Assembly (NCBI GenBank): GCA_963817385.1
Contig: CAWFOM010000011.1
Coordinates: 1-30,464, forward strand
Length of the DNA: 30,464 nt
Direction of reading: 5' to 3'
Source of the DNA: an uncultured delta proteobacterium
GTDB lineage: Bacteria; Desulfobacterota; Syntrophia; Syntrophales; UBA5619
Position 1 is the stretch's first letter. The number at the start of each line of letters is the position of its first letter. This document shows, in pieces, positions 1 to 9,166 of the stretch. The notes under the pieces were generated by a model. It saw only the letters and a list, made by a program, of their open reading frames with translations. It ran no database searches and was not told the origin of the DNA. The position numbers were made by a program, and so were the translations under genes.

Positions 1-2
1 TG

Positions 3-353
3 GCAGAAATTGTTCGAGCGGGCATTCAGGCCATCGGCAAGGGGCAGACGGAAGCGGCCATGGCGATCGGTCTGAGACCGGGCCAGATCCTGAAACTCGT
101 CATCCTGCCCCAGGCACTCAGGGTAATCATTCCCCCGCTTACGAGCCAGATGCTGAACCTGACGAAGAACAGCTCGCTCGCTGTCGCGATCGGATTTCCC
201 GACTTCGTCTCCGTCGCCAGCACGACGATCAATCAGACCGGACAGGCCATCGAAGGGATTTCGCTCATCATGATCGTCTATCTTTGCTTCAGCCTGCTGA
301 CGTCGCTTTTCATGAACTGGTATAATAAGAAAATGGCGCTTGTGGAACGATAG
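3..353 (+). CDS. aapQ: Amino acid ABC transporter permease (AapQ/BztB-like), 5'-truncated by window
   Basis: Frame open from base 3: AEIVRAGIQAIGKGQTEAAMAIGL (EAA loop), ILPQALRVIIPPLTSQ, KNSSLAVAIG; C-terminal MNWYNKKMALVER. Followed by a second permease and an ATPase. Confidence 0.85.
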   Translation, partial: AEIVRAGIQAIGKGQTEAAMAIGLRPGQILKLVILPQALRVIIPPLTSQMLNLTKNSSLAVAIGFPDFVSVASTTINQTGQAIEGISLIMIVYLCFSLLTSLFMNWYNKKMALVER

Positions 354-361
354 AGTATACC

Positions 362-1449
362 ATGGTCGAATCGCAAAAAACCGGCGTGCAGCCGGAGGGA
401 TCAGCGGCACCGATCATCAGGATCGGCGTAGTGCAATGGATGAAATCGAACCTGTTTAACGGCGTTTTCAATTCCGTCCTCACCATTGTGACACTCTTGT
501 TTCTCTGCAAGATCATCCCGCCTTTTGTGCAGTGGGCATTCATCGACAGCCTCTGGTTCTCCACCTCCGAACAATGCCGGGCCGGACACGGCGCATGCTG
601 GTCCATCATCCCGGCGAACATCCGCTTCATCCTCTTCGGTTTCTACCCGCACGAGTTGCACTGGCGGCCGTTTGTCGCGATCATCATGCTCGTAAGCCTT
701 CTTTTATACAGCAAAAACAGGGACCATTGGAAGGCTCCCTGTGCTACCTGTGGATCGCAGGCCTTATGACCATGGGCATTCTCATGAGGGGAGGCGTATT
801 CGGTTTGCGGGCGGTTGAGAGCGACCAGTGGGGCGGGTTGCCCCTTACTCTCATGCTCTCCGTATTCGGGATGGTGGCCGCCTATCCGCTCGGGGTGCTC
901 CTCGCACTGGGGCGAAGATCCAGGATGCCGGCAATAAAGACGGTCTGTATCCTTTACATCGAGCTGATCCGCGGGGTGCCGCTCATCAGCCTGCTGTTCA
1001 TGTCGGCGGTCCTGTTTCCGCTGTTCCTCCCGGCAGGGCTCACGGTAAACAAGATCCTCCGCGCCCAGGCGGCGATCATCATGTTCACGGCGGCGTACAT
1101 CGCCGAAGTGGTGAGAGGAGGGCTGCAGGCCATCACCCGGGGCCAGTATGAAGCCGCGGAATCCCTGGGGCTGAATTACGTCCAGAAGATGCGGCTGATC
1201 ATTCTGCCCCAGGCGCTGAAGATCGTTATCCCGCCGTCCGTGGGAATACTGATTTCTGCTTTCAAGGATACATCCCTGGTGGTGATCATCGCCCTCTATG
1301 ATATCCTGAAAACGACGAAGTCTGCACTTGCCAATCCGTTATGGATGGGATTCAGCCCCGAAGCCTATATCTTCGTCGCATTGATCTATTTTGTCTGCTG
1401 TTATACCATGTCGAATTACAGCCGCCGGCTCGAAAAAGAGCTGCACTGA
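362..1449 (+). CDS. aapM: Amino acid ABC transporter permease (AapM/BztC-like), one frameshift near 733
   Basis: N-terminal ORF 362..769 (WMKSNLFN, GACW, FGFYPHELHWRP) joins the frame of 532..1449 (QWGGLPLT, IELIRGVPLI, AEVVRGGLQAITRGQYEAAESLG). One base is missing at tgg aag gc tcc. Confidence 0.82.
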
Positions 1450-1489
1450 TAACGGCGGCATGCCCATTGAAAAAGGATAGAGAACGCTT

Positions 1490-2266
1490 ATGAACGATGA
1501 AACGACACAAAACAGCATAAAGCGGTCATCGGAAAATAAAATCATTGAAATTACCTGCCTGCACAAGTGGTTTGGCGATTTGCATGTCTTGAACGACATC
1601 AACCTGACCGTTTACAAGGGTGAACGCATCGTTATCTGCGGCCCTTCAGGATCGGGAAAATCGACCCTCATCCGCTGCATCAACAGACTCGAGGAACACC
1701 AGAAGGGTAACATTTTCGTTGACGGGATTGAGCTCACCAACAATCTCAAGAATATCGAAAAAATCCGCGAAGAAGTGGGCATGGTATTTCAGCATTTCAA
1801 CCTTTTCCCCCACCTGACCATCATTGAAAACCTATCGCTTGGTCCCATATGGGTCAGAAAGAAGCCCAAAAAAGAGGCGGAAGAAATAGCAATGTATTAT
1901 CTGGAAAAAGTGCATATTGCGGAACAGGCGCACAAGTATCCGGGACAGCTTTCCGGAGGTCAACAGCAAAGGGTCGCTATTGCCCGAAGTCTCTGCATGA
2001 AACCGAAGGTGATGCTCTTTGACGAGCCGACGTCCGCTCTTGATCCCGAGATGGTGAAAGAAGTTCTGGATGTCATGATAAACCTTGCCGAAGAAGGCAT
2101 GACCATGATCGTTGTCTCCCATGAAATGGGATTCGCAAAAAGCGTTGCCCACCGGGTTATGTTCATGGATTTCGGCCAGTTCGTTGAAGAAAACACCCCG
2201 CATGAATTTTTTGAGAATCCGCGGCACGACAGGACAAAACTCTTTTTAAGCCAGATTCTGCATTAA
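1490..2266 (+). CDS. aapP: Amino acid ABC transporter ATP-binding protein (AapP/BztD/GlnQ-like)
   Basis: Walker [10 protein letters not shown], signature [13 protein letters not shown], Walker [14 protein letters not shown], switch SHEMGFA. Confidence 0.92.
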   Translation: MNDETTQNSIKRSSENKIIEITCLHKWFGDLHVLNDINLTVYKGERIVICGPSGSGKSTLIRCINRLEEHQKGNIFVDGIELTNNLKNIEKIREEVGMVFQHFNLFPHLTIIENLSLGPIWVRKKPKKEAEEIAMYYLEKVHIAEQAHKYPGQLSGGQQQRVAIARSLCMKPKVMLFDEPTSALDPEMVKEVLDVMINLAEEGMTMIVVSHEMGFAKSVAHRVMFMDFGQFVEENTPHEFFENPRHDRTKLFLSQILH

Positions 2267-2411
2267 GTGTGATCGTGCTTTCTCGCTTTTCTCTGTGCGC
2301 TCCGAACAGCCGGGTGGCGTTGTTCCTCGGACCCGAGAGGATCGGCCTGAAAACCCCGAGAGCCTCCCTCTCGCCTCGAATGTCGCTTCCCAACAATTAC
2401 GATAAATTCAC

Positions 2412-2440
2412 TTGACATGCGAAAGTCATCCTCATATACT
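2412..2440 (+). promoter_or_regulatory. Sigma70-type promoter for the cytochrome-NrfCD operon
   Basis: TTGACA (2412-2417), 17 nt spacer, TATACT (2435-2440). Confidence 0.7.
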
Positions 2441-2638
2441 GCGCCACCCAAAAGCGAGGTACGCTAGGCAACATCCGGGAAAATCCATTCGTGCACAACA
2501 GTCGGCCTGACATGGTCAACCGACCGTCGGTACCGCGTTTATGCATTTATACCCATGGTGGAATCATCACGGGTAAAAAAGCTATAGACATACCTTTGCT
2601 CAGCGAAGGTTAAAGATCGATTGAAGGGGAGGGATGGC

Positions 2639-3382
2639 ATGAAATTTCTTAAAAAGCTTCCTGAACAGGCAGTAAGAGTTATTGTTGTATTTGTCGTCTT
2701 GGCGGCGGTATTGTTTGTTATCCGACAATTCATCCTCCCTCCCGAAATGAAAGAGACGGCGCTGATACAATCAGCTACCATGGAGAGGGAAGCGGCCAAG
2801 GAAATCAAGTATGCCGGCGCCCAGATCTGCGGTCAATGTCACGAAAAGGAACGCGACATCAAAAAAAGCGGCTACCACCGGGATTTGTCCTGCGAGTCCT
2901 GCCACGGCGCCGCGCAAAAACACGTCGACAATCCGACGGAGGTGAAGCCCACTTCACCGAAAAAGCGCGACTACTGCTCCTACTGTCATACCTACAATTC
3001 CTCACGGCCGACCGGCTTTCCCCAGATCAACCCGGATACGCATAATCCGCGGAAACCGTGCATAACCTGCCATAATCCGCATAACCCCAAACCGCCCAAG
3101 ACGCCCCGCTCCTGCGCAGCCTGCCATGCGCAGATTGAAAGGACCAAGGCGGCGTCTTACCATGCCCTGCTTGCGTGCACCGTCTGCCACACCACACCGG
3201 AAAAGCATAAGACTTCACCGAGAACCGTGACACCGACGAAACCGGATAAACGGGAATTTTGCGGAAAGTGCCATGCGCAAGGTTCCGGCGCCAAAGGGGT
3301 GCCGACCGTTGATATGGCCACCCATGGAGAAAAATATGTTTGCTGGCAGTGCCACTATCCACATATGTTAGGAGGGATCTAA
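2639..3382 (+). CDS. Membrane-anchored octaheme c-type cytochrome
   Basis: Eight CxxCH motifs (CGQCH, CESCH, CSYCH, CITCH, CAACH, CTVCH, CGKCH, CWQCH); N-terminal hydrophobic helix; GGGAGGGA RBS before ATG 2639; TAATG overlap with the next gene. Confidence 0.92.
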   Translation: MKFLKKLPEQAVRVIVVFVVLAAVLFVIRQFILPPEMKETALIQSATMEREAAKEIKYAGAQICGQCHEKERDIKKSGYHRDLSCESCHGAAQKHVDNPTEVKPTSPKKRDYCSYCHTYNSSRPTGFPQINPDTHNPRKPCITCHNPHNPKPPKTPRSCAACHAQIERTKAASYHALLACTVCHTTPEKHKTSPRTVTPTKPDKREFCGKCHAQGSGAKGVPTVDMATHGEKYVCWQCHYPHMLGGI

Positions 3383-4130
3383 TGGATCGACGAGACTTCT
3401 TGAAACAGCTTTGTTTGGTTATTTCTTCCGGCGGCATCGTCGGGGGAATGTCCGCGGCCGCCTGGGCAAGAATCATTAATAAGGACTATGATACGACCAA
3501 ACACTACTACGGTATGGGGATCGATATCGACAAGTGCATCGGCTGCGGCAGATGCATGCAGGCCTGTAAAACGGAAAACGATGTCCCCAGCGATCCCTTT
3601 TACTTCCGCACCTGGGTGGAACGATATGTGATCAAGACGGACAAGAGCGTGACGGTCAACACCATCAGTACGGGCCTCGAGCGAACCGGCCGACAGTTGT
3701 CGCGGAAAAGGATGTGCTGCGCAGTTTTTTTGTCCCGAAGCTCTGCAATCAGTGCGATCACCCCCCCTGCGTGCAGGTCTGCCCGGTGGGCGCCACATTC
3801 AAAACCGATGACGGCGTCATCCTGATGGACACCAAACGCTGTATCGGCTGCCGGTATTGTATTCAGGCCTGCCCTTACGGGGTCCGCTATCTCCATCCGG
3901 TAACGAGGGTCGCCGATAAATGCAACTTCTGCTATCACCGCCTGGTGAAAGGCTTGCTGCCCGCCTGTGTGGAAGTTTGTCCGAAACAGGCGAGACTGTT
4001 CGGAGACATGAAGAGCATTGCCAGCCCGCTGGGACGGTTCATCCGGATGAACAAGGTGCATGTCCTCAAGCCGTATCTGAATACGGATCCCAAAGTTTAT
4101 TATGCAAATCTTGATGGCGAGGTGAACTGA
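3382..4130 (+). CDS. TAT-exported 4Fe-4S protein (NrfC/DsrO/PsrB family), frameshift near 3675-3690
   Basis: MDRRDFLK twin-arginine motif and CIGCGRCMQAC in the first frame; CNQCDHPPCVQVC, CIGCRYCIQACPYG and KCNFC...PACVEVCP in the second frame. Confidence 0.88.
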
Positions 4131-4131
4131 T

Positions 4132-5328
4132 ATGGAAGCAGCCCAGAATTTTATGGAACTTTCCAAACAGGTGGTGGGGTTTATCTATCCGAACGAGATC
4201 GAAATCCAGTGGTCGATCCTGATCGTGGTGTATCCGTACATCACGGGACTCGTGGCCGGGGCCTTCATCCTCGCCTCCCTTGTCAAGGTTTTCAACGTCA
4301 AGGAATTACAGCCCACGTACCGGTTGGCCCTGCTGACGGCGCTGGCCTTTCTGCTGATTGCGCCCCTGCCGTTGCAGCTCCATCTCGGCCGGCCGGAGCG
4401 TTCCTTCGAGATGTTCATGACCCCCAATCTGACATCGGCCATGGCCATGTTCGGGTTCGTTTATCTCTGGTACCTGATGCTGGTGCTGCTATTGGAAATA
4501 TGGTTTGAATACCGACGGGACATGATTGTGTGGTCCGCCGAGTCGACGGGCCTGAAAAAGTGGGTGCTCAAGATCCTTTCCCTTTTTTCCACCGATATCA
4601 GCGAAAAGGCTGTCGCCTTCGATAAAAAGACGGTAAAAATGATCACGATCATCGGTATCCCGTCGGCCTTTCTGCTCCACGGGTACGTAGGCTTCATCTT
4701 CGGGTCCATCAAGGCCAATCCCTGGTGGAGCAGCGTTATGATGCCGGTCGTCTTCCTCTTTTCGGCCATCGTCTCGGGGATTGCCATTGTCATGTTGCTC
4801 TATATGATCATCGTGCCTCTCCGGGGCGGGAAAATAGACATGAAATGTCTCGACAAGGTGGCCTCTTTCCTCTTCTATGCCGTTATTGTCGACTTTTCCA
4901 TTGAAGTCCTTGATTTTATCCACCGCCTTTACGAAAGTGAAGAGTCGATCAAGATCCTGTCCCAGTTGGTGAGCACGAAGCTCTTTATGAGTCTCGTGGT
5001 GCTCCAGATCCTGCTGGGCATGCTGCTGCCTCTGGGCATCATGGTGGTTATCAGGGTATTGAAGCTTCAGGAAGAAGTGAGGAGGCTTCTCTATTTCGTT
5101 TGCGGCTTGCTCATCCAGTTGGGGATCTTCAGCACCAGGTGGAATGTCGTGATCGGCGGACAACTGTTTTCGAAGAGTTTCCGGGGGTTGACCACCTACA
5201 AAATGGAGCTGATGGGCATTGAGGGATTCCTCGTTGCCCTGGCGTTATTGATCATTCCTTTTATCATCCTGTCGATCTTGATAAAGCTTCTCCCCCCCTG
5301 GAAGAAGGAGGAGATGGCAGGCACATAG
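4132..5328 (+). CDS. nrfD: NrfD/PsrC-family quinone-interacting membrane subunit
   Basis: Multi-pass hydrophobic protein; W..LIVVYPYITGLVAGAF, HLGRPER, TSAMA, LHGYVGFIF..KANPWW, RWNVVIGGQ; directly after a NrfC-like gene. Confidence 0.9.
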   Translation: MEAAQNFMELSKQVVGFIYPNEIEIQWSILIVVYPYITGLVAGAFILASLVKVFNVKELQPTYRLALLTALAFLLIAPLPLQLHLGRPERSFEMFMTPNLTSAMAMFGFVYLWYLMLVLLLEIWFEYRRDMIVWSAESTGLKKWVLKILSLFSTDISEKAVAFDKKTVKMITIIGIPSAFLLHGYVGFIFGSIKANPWWSSVMMPVVFLFSAIVSGIAIVMLLYMIIVPLRGGKIDMKCLDKVASFLFYAVIVDFSIEVLDFIHRLYESEESIKILSQLVSTKLFMSLVVLQILLGMLLPLGIMVVIRVLKLQEEVRRLLYFVCGLLIQLGIFSTRWNVVIGGQLFSKSFRGLTTYKMELMGIEGFLVALALLIIPFIILSILIKLLPPWKKEEMAGT

Positions 5329-5442
5329 AGAGGTCAGACATGCGCGCCCGGAACCGTTAACCCCGGCCCATGACCTTCGGCAAACACATTGTCGGGTCGG
5401 GGGTCGCCCGGCTTCCGGATGGTAACGGTAACCTCGCGAAGA

Positions 5443-6000
5443 TTACGAGAAGGTCCTCTCGAAGAGCTCCCTGATCGCTTTCCTGCCGTTCTCTTCGAGA
5501 TAGCGCGTTCCCGTCCCGGCGAAATGAAGGTGGGTGATGATGGGCTCGTCTCCCTTCTCGCGTTCAACCCATTCTTCCTGATTCCAGCGGAACCAGGCAT
5601 TGCGCCTTTGATCGAACACGTACAGGGGCTTGTTGCATATCTTTGCAAACTCGGCGCCCCATCCCGTCCCCCCTTTGACCGTTTTGTCCGCCAGGATCTC
5701 GCCGACGACGTAAATCTCCTGTCCGTTGTTGATCTGATACCAGATGCTCTGCAGGACCTTCCGCAATGTCGGACTTTCCGTGTAACGGCGATTCATCAAT
5801 TTCGAGACGTATGTCAAGCTCACATCTCCATTTTTCAGTTCTTCATGATTCAGGACGCGCAGGCCCCTTCGCCGCACAATGCGGTGTCCTTCAAAGGTGA
5901 AGTTCACCTCTTCAATCCCCAGGCGCTCCGCATTCGCGCCAAATTCCGCTTCAGTTCCTTCAGCCCCGCCGCTGAAAAGAATTAAGTTCTCCCTCTTCAT
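5443..6000 (-). CDS. Conserved hypothetical protein, SLOG (LOG/DprA/YpsA)-like nucleotide-binding fold
   Basis: Start MKRENLILFSGGAEGTEAEFG; GGTGW and AGTGTR glycine motifs. The family assignment rests on motif resemblance only. Confidence 0.6.
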   Translation of the reverse strand: MKRENLILFSGGAEGTEAEFGANAERLGIEEVNFTFEGHRIVRRRGLRVLNHEELKNGDVSLTYVSKLMNRRYTESPTLRKVLQSIWYQINNGQEIYVVGEILADKTVKGGTGWGAEFAKICNKPLYVFDQRRNAWFRWNQEEWVEREKGDEPIITHLHFAGTGTRYLEENGRKAIRELFERTFS

Positions 6001-6133
6001 ACCCGTTCCTTTCTCTCGCCCATTATCGTTATCGATGCACCGCACAGCAGATGGATGCAGCTTCAAGCATTCCGCTCCGGTTACAATCTACCACGCCACG
6101 GTTAATTAAGGAAAGGACTTTTCTTGCGGCTGA

Positions 6134-6806
6134 TTACGACGTCCGGAATTTTTCGATCTCCCCTCGCAGCCAGCCGATCCATTCGGAGACCCCCTCCCCC
6201 GTCCGGCAGGAGAGGGAAAGGATGCGGATCCCCGGGTTGAGGCGGAGCGCCCTCTCCTTGAGGGCATCCGGGTCGAAGTCCGATCCTTCCAGGTAATCGG
6301 TCTTGCTGATCACCAATAGATCGCTGACGGAAAAGATCAACGGATATTTGAGCGGTTTGTCGTCCCCCTCCGGGACGCTCAGGATCACGGCCCTCCTTGC
6401 GGCGCCGGTGTCGAATTCGGCGGGACAGACGAGATTCCCGACGTTCTCGATGATGATGCAATCCAGGGCCGCAAGGTCCAACTCCTTGAGGGCCGCGGCG
6501 ATCATGGGCGCATCGAGATGGCAGGCGCCGCCCGTCCGGATCTGCACCGCCGGGATCCCTTCCCGGGCCACCTTTTCCGCATCGACCATGGCTTCGATGT
6601 CCCCCTCGATAACGGCGATCCGGAATGTAGTCTTTCAGCGCCCCGATGGTCCGGAGGATGAGACTGGTCTTCCCCGATCCGGGGGAGGACATCAGGTTCA
6701 GCATGAAGACGCCGCGCCGCTTGAGCTCCGCGCGGATATCGTCCGCCTCCTGCCGGTTTCCTGCAAGGATTTCCTCGCGCACGTCGATTAACCGCACTTC
6801 CGCCAT
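6134..6806 (-). CDS. hypB: Hydrogenase nickel incorporation GTPase HypB, frameshift near 6626
   Basis: NLMSSPGSGKTSL in one frame; IAVIEGDI, TGGACHLDA, IENVGNLVCPAEFD and LSVPEGDDKPLKYP in the other. Confidence 0.9.
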
Positions 6807-7157
6807 CACATCACCTCGATCTGCTGCACAAAGCATTCACGGCCGGTTACAAGGGTCATCTCTCCGGATGCGCAGAGGGGGCAGCGGATCACCTCGCGCG
6901 TCCGGGGATCGGCCGGGAAAGACATCTCCGCAACCACCGCAGCGAAACGTCGCCGGTATGCGCTCGATGCGGATGAGAGCCCCTTCCGCGATGGTACCCC
7001 GGCTGAGGTAGTCAAAGTAACGCTGCATCCATTCGTTTACGAGATCGCTCAACTCGCCGACCCGCACGGAGACGCTGACGACCTTCCCCGCCCCGCCTTC
7101 GCCGGCGTGGCGGAGAACCACCTGGAGGAGACTCTCGGTGACGGCAAGCTCATGCAT
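6806..7157 (-). CDS. hypA: Hydrogenase maturation nickel metallochaperone HypA, frameshift near 6915
   Basis: MHELAV N-terminus, VGELS, CGGC; second frame gives CPLC...TGRE...IEV; stop overlaps the hypB start (TGATG). Confidence 0.9.
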
Positions 7158-7267
7158 ATCGGTTTACGGATAGTCCTGATAATGGCCGGTAAAATATCCG
7201 GCGGAAAAACGCCGTTAACGCCTTGTGTCGCGCACGCCCTTTTCACGACATCCCTGCGGATGTACGT

Positions 7268-8137
7268 TTACCGCGAACCATTCGGGCCGGGCGTCATACT
7301 GTCCAGGAGCTTCGCCAGGGCGTCCCGAACCCTTCCATACTCATGTTCAAAGGGTGCAAGGCGGGCCATGGCCTCCCCCAGCGTCTTATCTCGCCCCATC
7401 GTCTCCAGTTCCTTGCTCATTGACGAGAGGGTCATGGCGCCGAGATACGCGCTTGACGATTTGAGGGTGTGGGCGGCATGGTGCAGGGCATCGGCATCAT
7501 TCCTCTCCGCAGCCTCGCGGATGCCCTTCATCAACTTGAAGGAGCTGTCAAGATACAGTGCGATGACCTTTTTAAGGATCTCGTCCGATCCCTTCGGCTG
7601 GAGCGAGGCGATCATATCAAGGGCCTTGCGATCCAGGGGAGAGGGTTCTTCCTGACCGACAGGCCCCCCCGCCGTCAACCCGGGGAAAGTCTGCGTCCCT
7701 CTTCCCTCCCCACTCTCCATAGGTCGAGCGGAAAGCCATCGATCGAGAATCGATTGAATAGCTGCAACACTGAAGGGTTTGCTGATATAGTCATCCATTC
7801 CCGCCTGCAGGCACCGCTCCCGGTCTTGTTGTGTGGCATATCCGGTCAAGGCCACGATCGGGATGCGGGTGACCGCCCCGCTCCCCCGGTTTTCGGTTTC
7901 CCGCTTCCTGATCGCGCCGGTCGCTTCGTACCCGTCCATTTCGGGCATCTGGCAATCCATAAAAATTATGTCGTACCGCTGTCGGGAAACGGCATCCACC
8001 GCCTCACGGCCGTTTCCGGCGATGTCCACACGGCACCCGCAATGCACCAGCATCGCCCTCCCGACTTTTTGATTCAGGGGATCGTCCTCAACAAGCAGGA
8101 TGGAAACCGTCGATCCGCTTTCCGTGTTATTCACCAT
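7268..8137 (-). CDS. Receiver (REC) plus Hpt domain phosphorelay protein
   Basis: ILLVEDD, IIFMDCQMPEMDG, IVALT, YISKP (REC); AHTLKSSSAYLGA (Hpt). Confidence 0.88.
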   Translation of the reverse strand: MVNNTESGSTVSILLVEDDPLNQKVGRAMLVHCGCRVDIAGNGREAVDAVSRQRYDIIFMDCQMPEMDGYEATGAIRKRETENRGSGAVTRIPIVALTGYATQQDRERCLQAGMDDYISKPFSVAAIQSILDRWLSARPMESGEGRGTQTFPGLTAGGPVGQEEPSPLDRKALDMIASLQPKGSDEILKKVIALYLDSSFKLMKGIREAAERNDADALHHAAHTLKSSSAYLGAMTLSSMSKELETMGRDKTLGEAMARLAPFEHEYGRVRDALAKLLDSMTPGPNGSR

Positions 8138-8322
8138 ACCAGTCGTTCCCCCGTGGCGTCTCGCATCCTGAATCTCTCCAGCCGCCGGGCCATCTCGATG
8201 AGCACGACATCCCCGACCGTGTTGCTGAGGCTGTCATTTATCATCTTGAAGCGGTCCAAATCAAGAAAAAGAGCGGCACAAACGTAGCCCGCCGCCTGCC
8301 GGGTAAAATTTCCCCGCAGTTT
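8131..8322 (-). pseudogene. Truncated GGDEF (diguanylate cyclase) N-terminal fragment
   Basis: Manual translation: YVCAALFLDLDRFKMINDSLSNTVGDVVLIEMARRLERFRMRDATGERLVW*. It stops before any GG(D/E)EF motif and has no ATG start upstream of the motif. Not in the ORF track. Confidence 0.75.
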
Positions 8323-8337
8323 TCAATCCGTTTGTCA

Positions 8338-8366
8338 TTGACAGGCGGCGCGCCCTTCCCTATACT
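8338..8366 (+). promoter_or_regulatory. Sigma70-type promoter for dedA
   Basis: TTGACA (8338-8343), 17 nt spacer, TATACT (8361-8366); leader hairpin GTCTCCC/GGGAGAC at 8387-8410. Confidence 0.7.
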
Positions 8367-8445
8367 ATTCTTGCGTCTCCAGACAGGTCTCCCTGTAGCC
8401 TGCGGGAGACAACAACTTCACGCGAGAAGAATGGATAAACAACCT

Positions 8446-9102
8446 ATGGCGGACATGCTCATCACCTTCATCGATCTCTTCCTCCACCTCGACCGGTACC
8501 TGGGAGAGCTCCTTCAATACTTCGGCGCCTGGACCTATGTCGTGCTCTTTCTGATCATCTTCTGCGAAACGGGCCTGGTCGTCACCCCGATCCTCCCGGG
8601 GGATTCGCTTCTCTTCGGCCTGGGGGCCTTTGCCGCCAACCCCTACCTCAAGGGACCGCTCGAGGTGGAGTGGCTTTTCCTCACCCTCTCCGTGGCGGCC
8701 ATCGCCGGGGATACGGTAAATTACTCGATCGGTCATTACATCGGCCCGCGGGTTTTTCACGACGGAAAATACCGCTTCCTGAAACGGGAGTATCTGGAGA
8801 GGACCCACCGGTTCTATGAAAAGCACGGAGGCAAGACGATCGTCATCGCACGGTTCATCCCGATCATCCGCACCTTTGCTCCTTTCGTAGCCGGCATCGG
8901 AGAGATGACCTATTCGCGGTTCATCTCATACAACGTCATCGGCGGCATCGCATGGATCGCCGCCTTTATCTTCGGAGGGTATTTCTTCGGGAATCTCCCC
9001 GTGATCAAGAATAACTTCACCCTGGTCATTATCGCGATCGTCATCCTGTCCGTCCTGCCCGGGGTGATCGAATACTTCCGCCAGCAGAAAGAGTCGACCT
9101 GA
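8446..9102 (+). CDS. dedA: DedA family membrane protein
   Basis: IIFCETGLVVTPILPGDSLLF, GDTVNYSIG, FYEKHGGKTIVIARFIPIIRTFAPFVAG. Start could also be 8431. Confidence 0.92.
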   Translation: MADMLITFIDLFLHLDRYLGELLQYFGAWTYVVLFLIIFCETGLVVTPILPGDSLLFGLGAFAANPYLKGPLEVEWLFLTLSVAAIAGDTVNYSIGHYIGPRVFHDGKYRFLKREYLERTHRFYEKHGGKTIVIARFIPIIRTFAPFVAGIGEMTYSRFISYNVIGGIAWIAAFIFGGYFFGNLPVIKNNFTLVIIAIVILSVLPGVIEYFRQQKEST

Positions 9103-9166
9103 CACGAGGCCTTCGGGAACGAAGGACCGGCAGGCGGACCCGCCGGCGGATACGTGAGGAGTAGAT

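Noticed and set aside
5389..5985. 198-aa plus-strand ORF
   Set aside because: Antisense to the more protein-like minus-strand ORF that has glycine motifs and an RBS.
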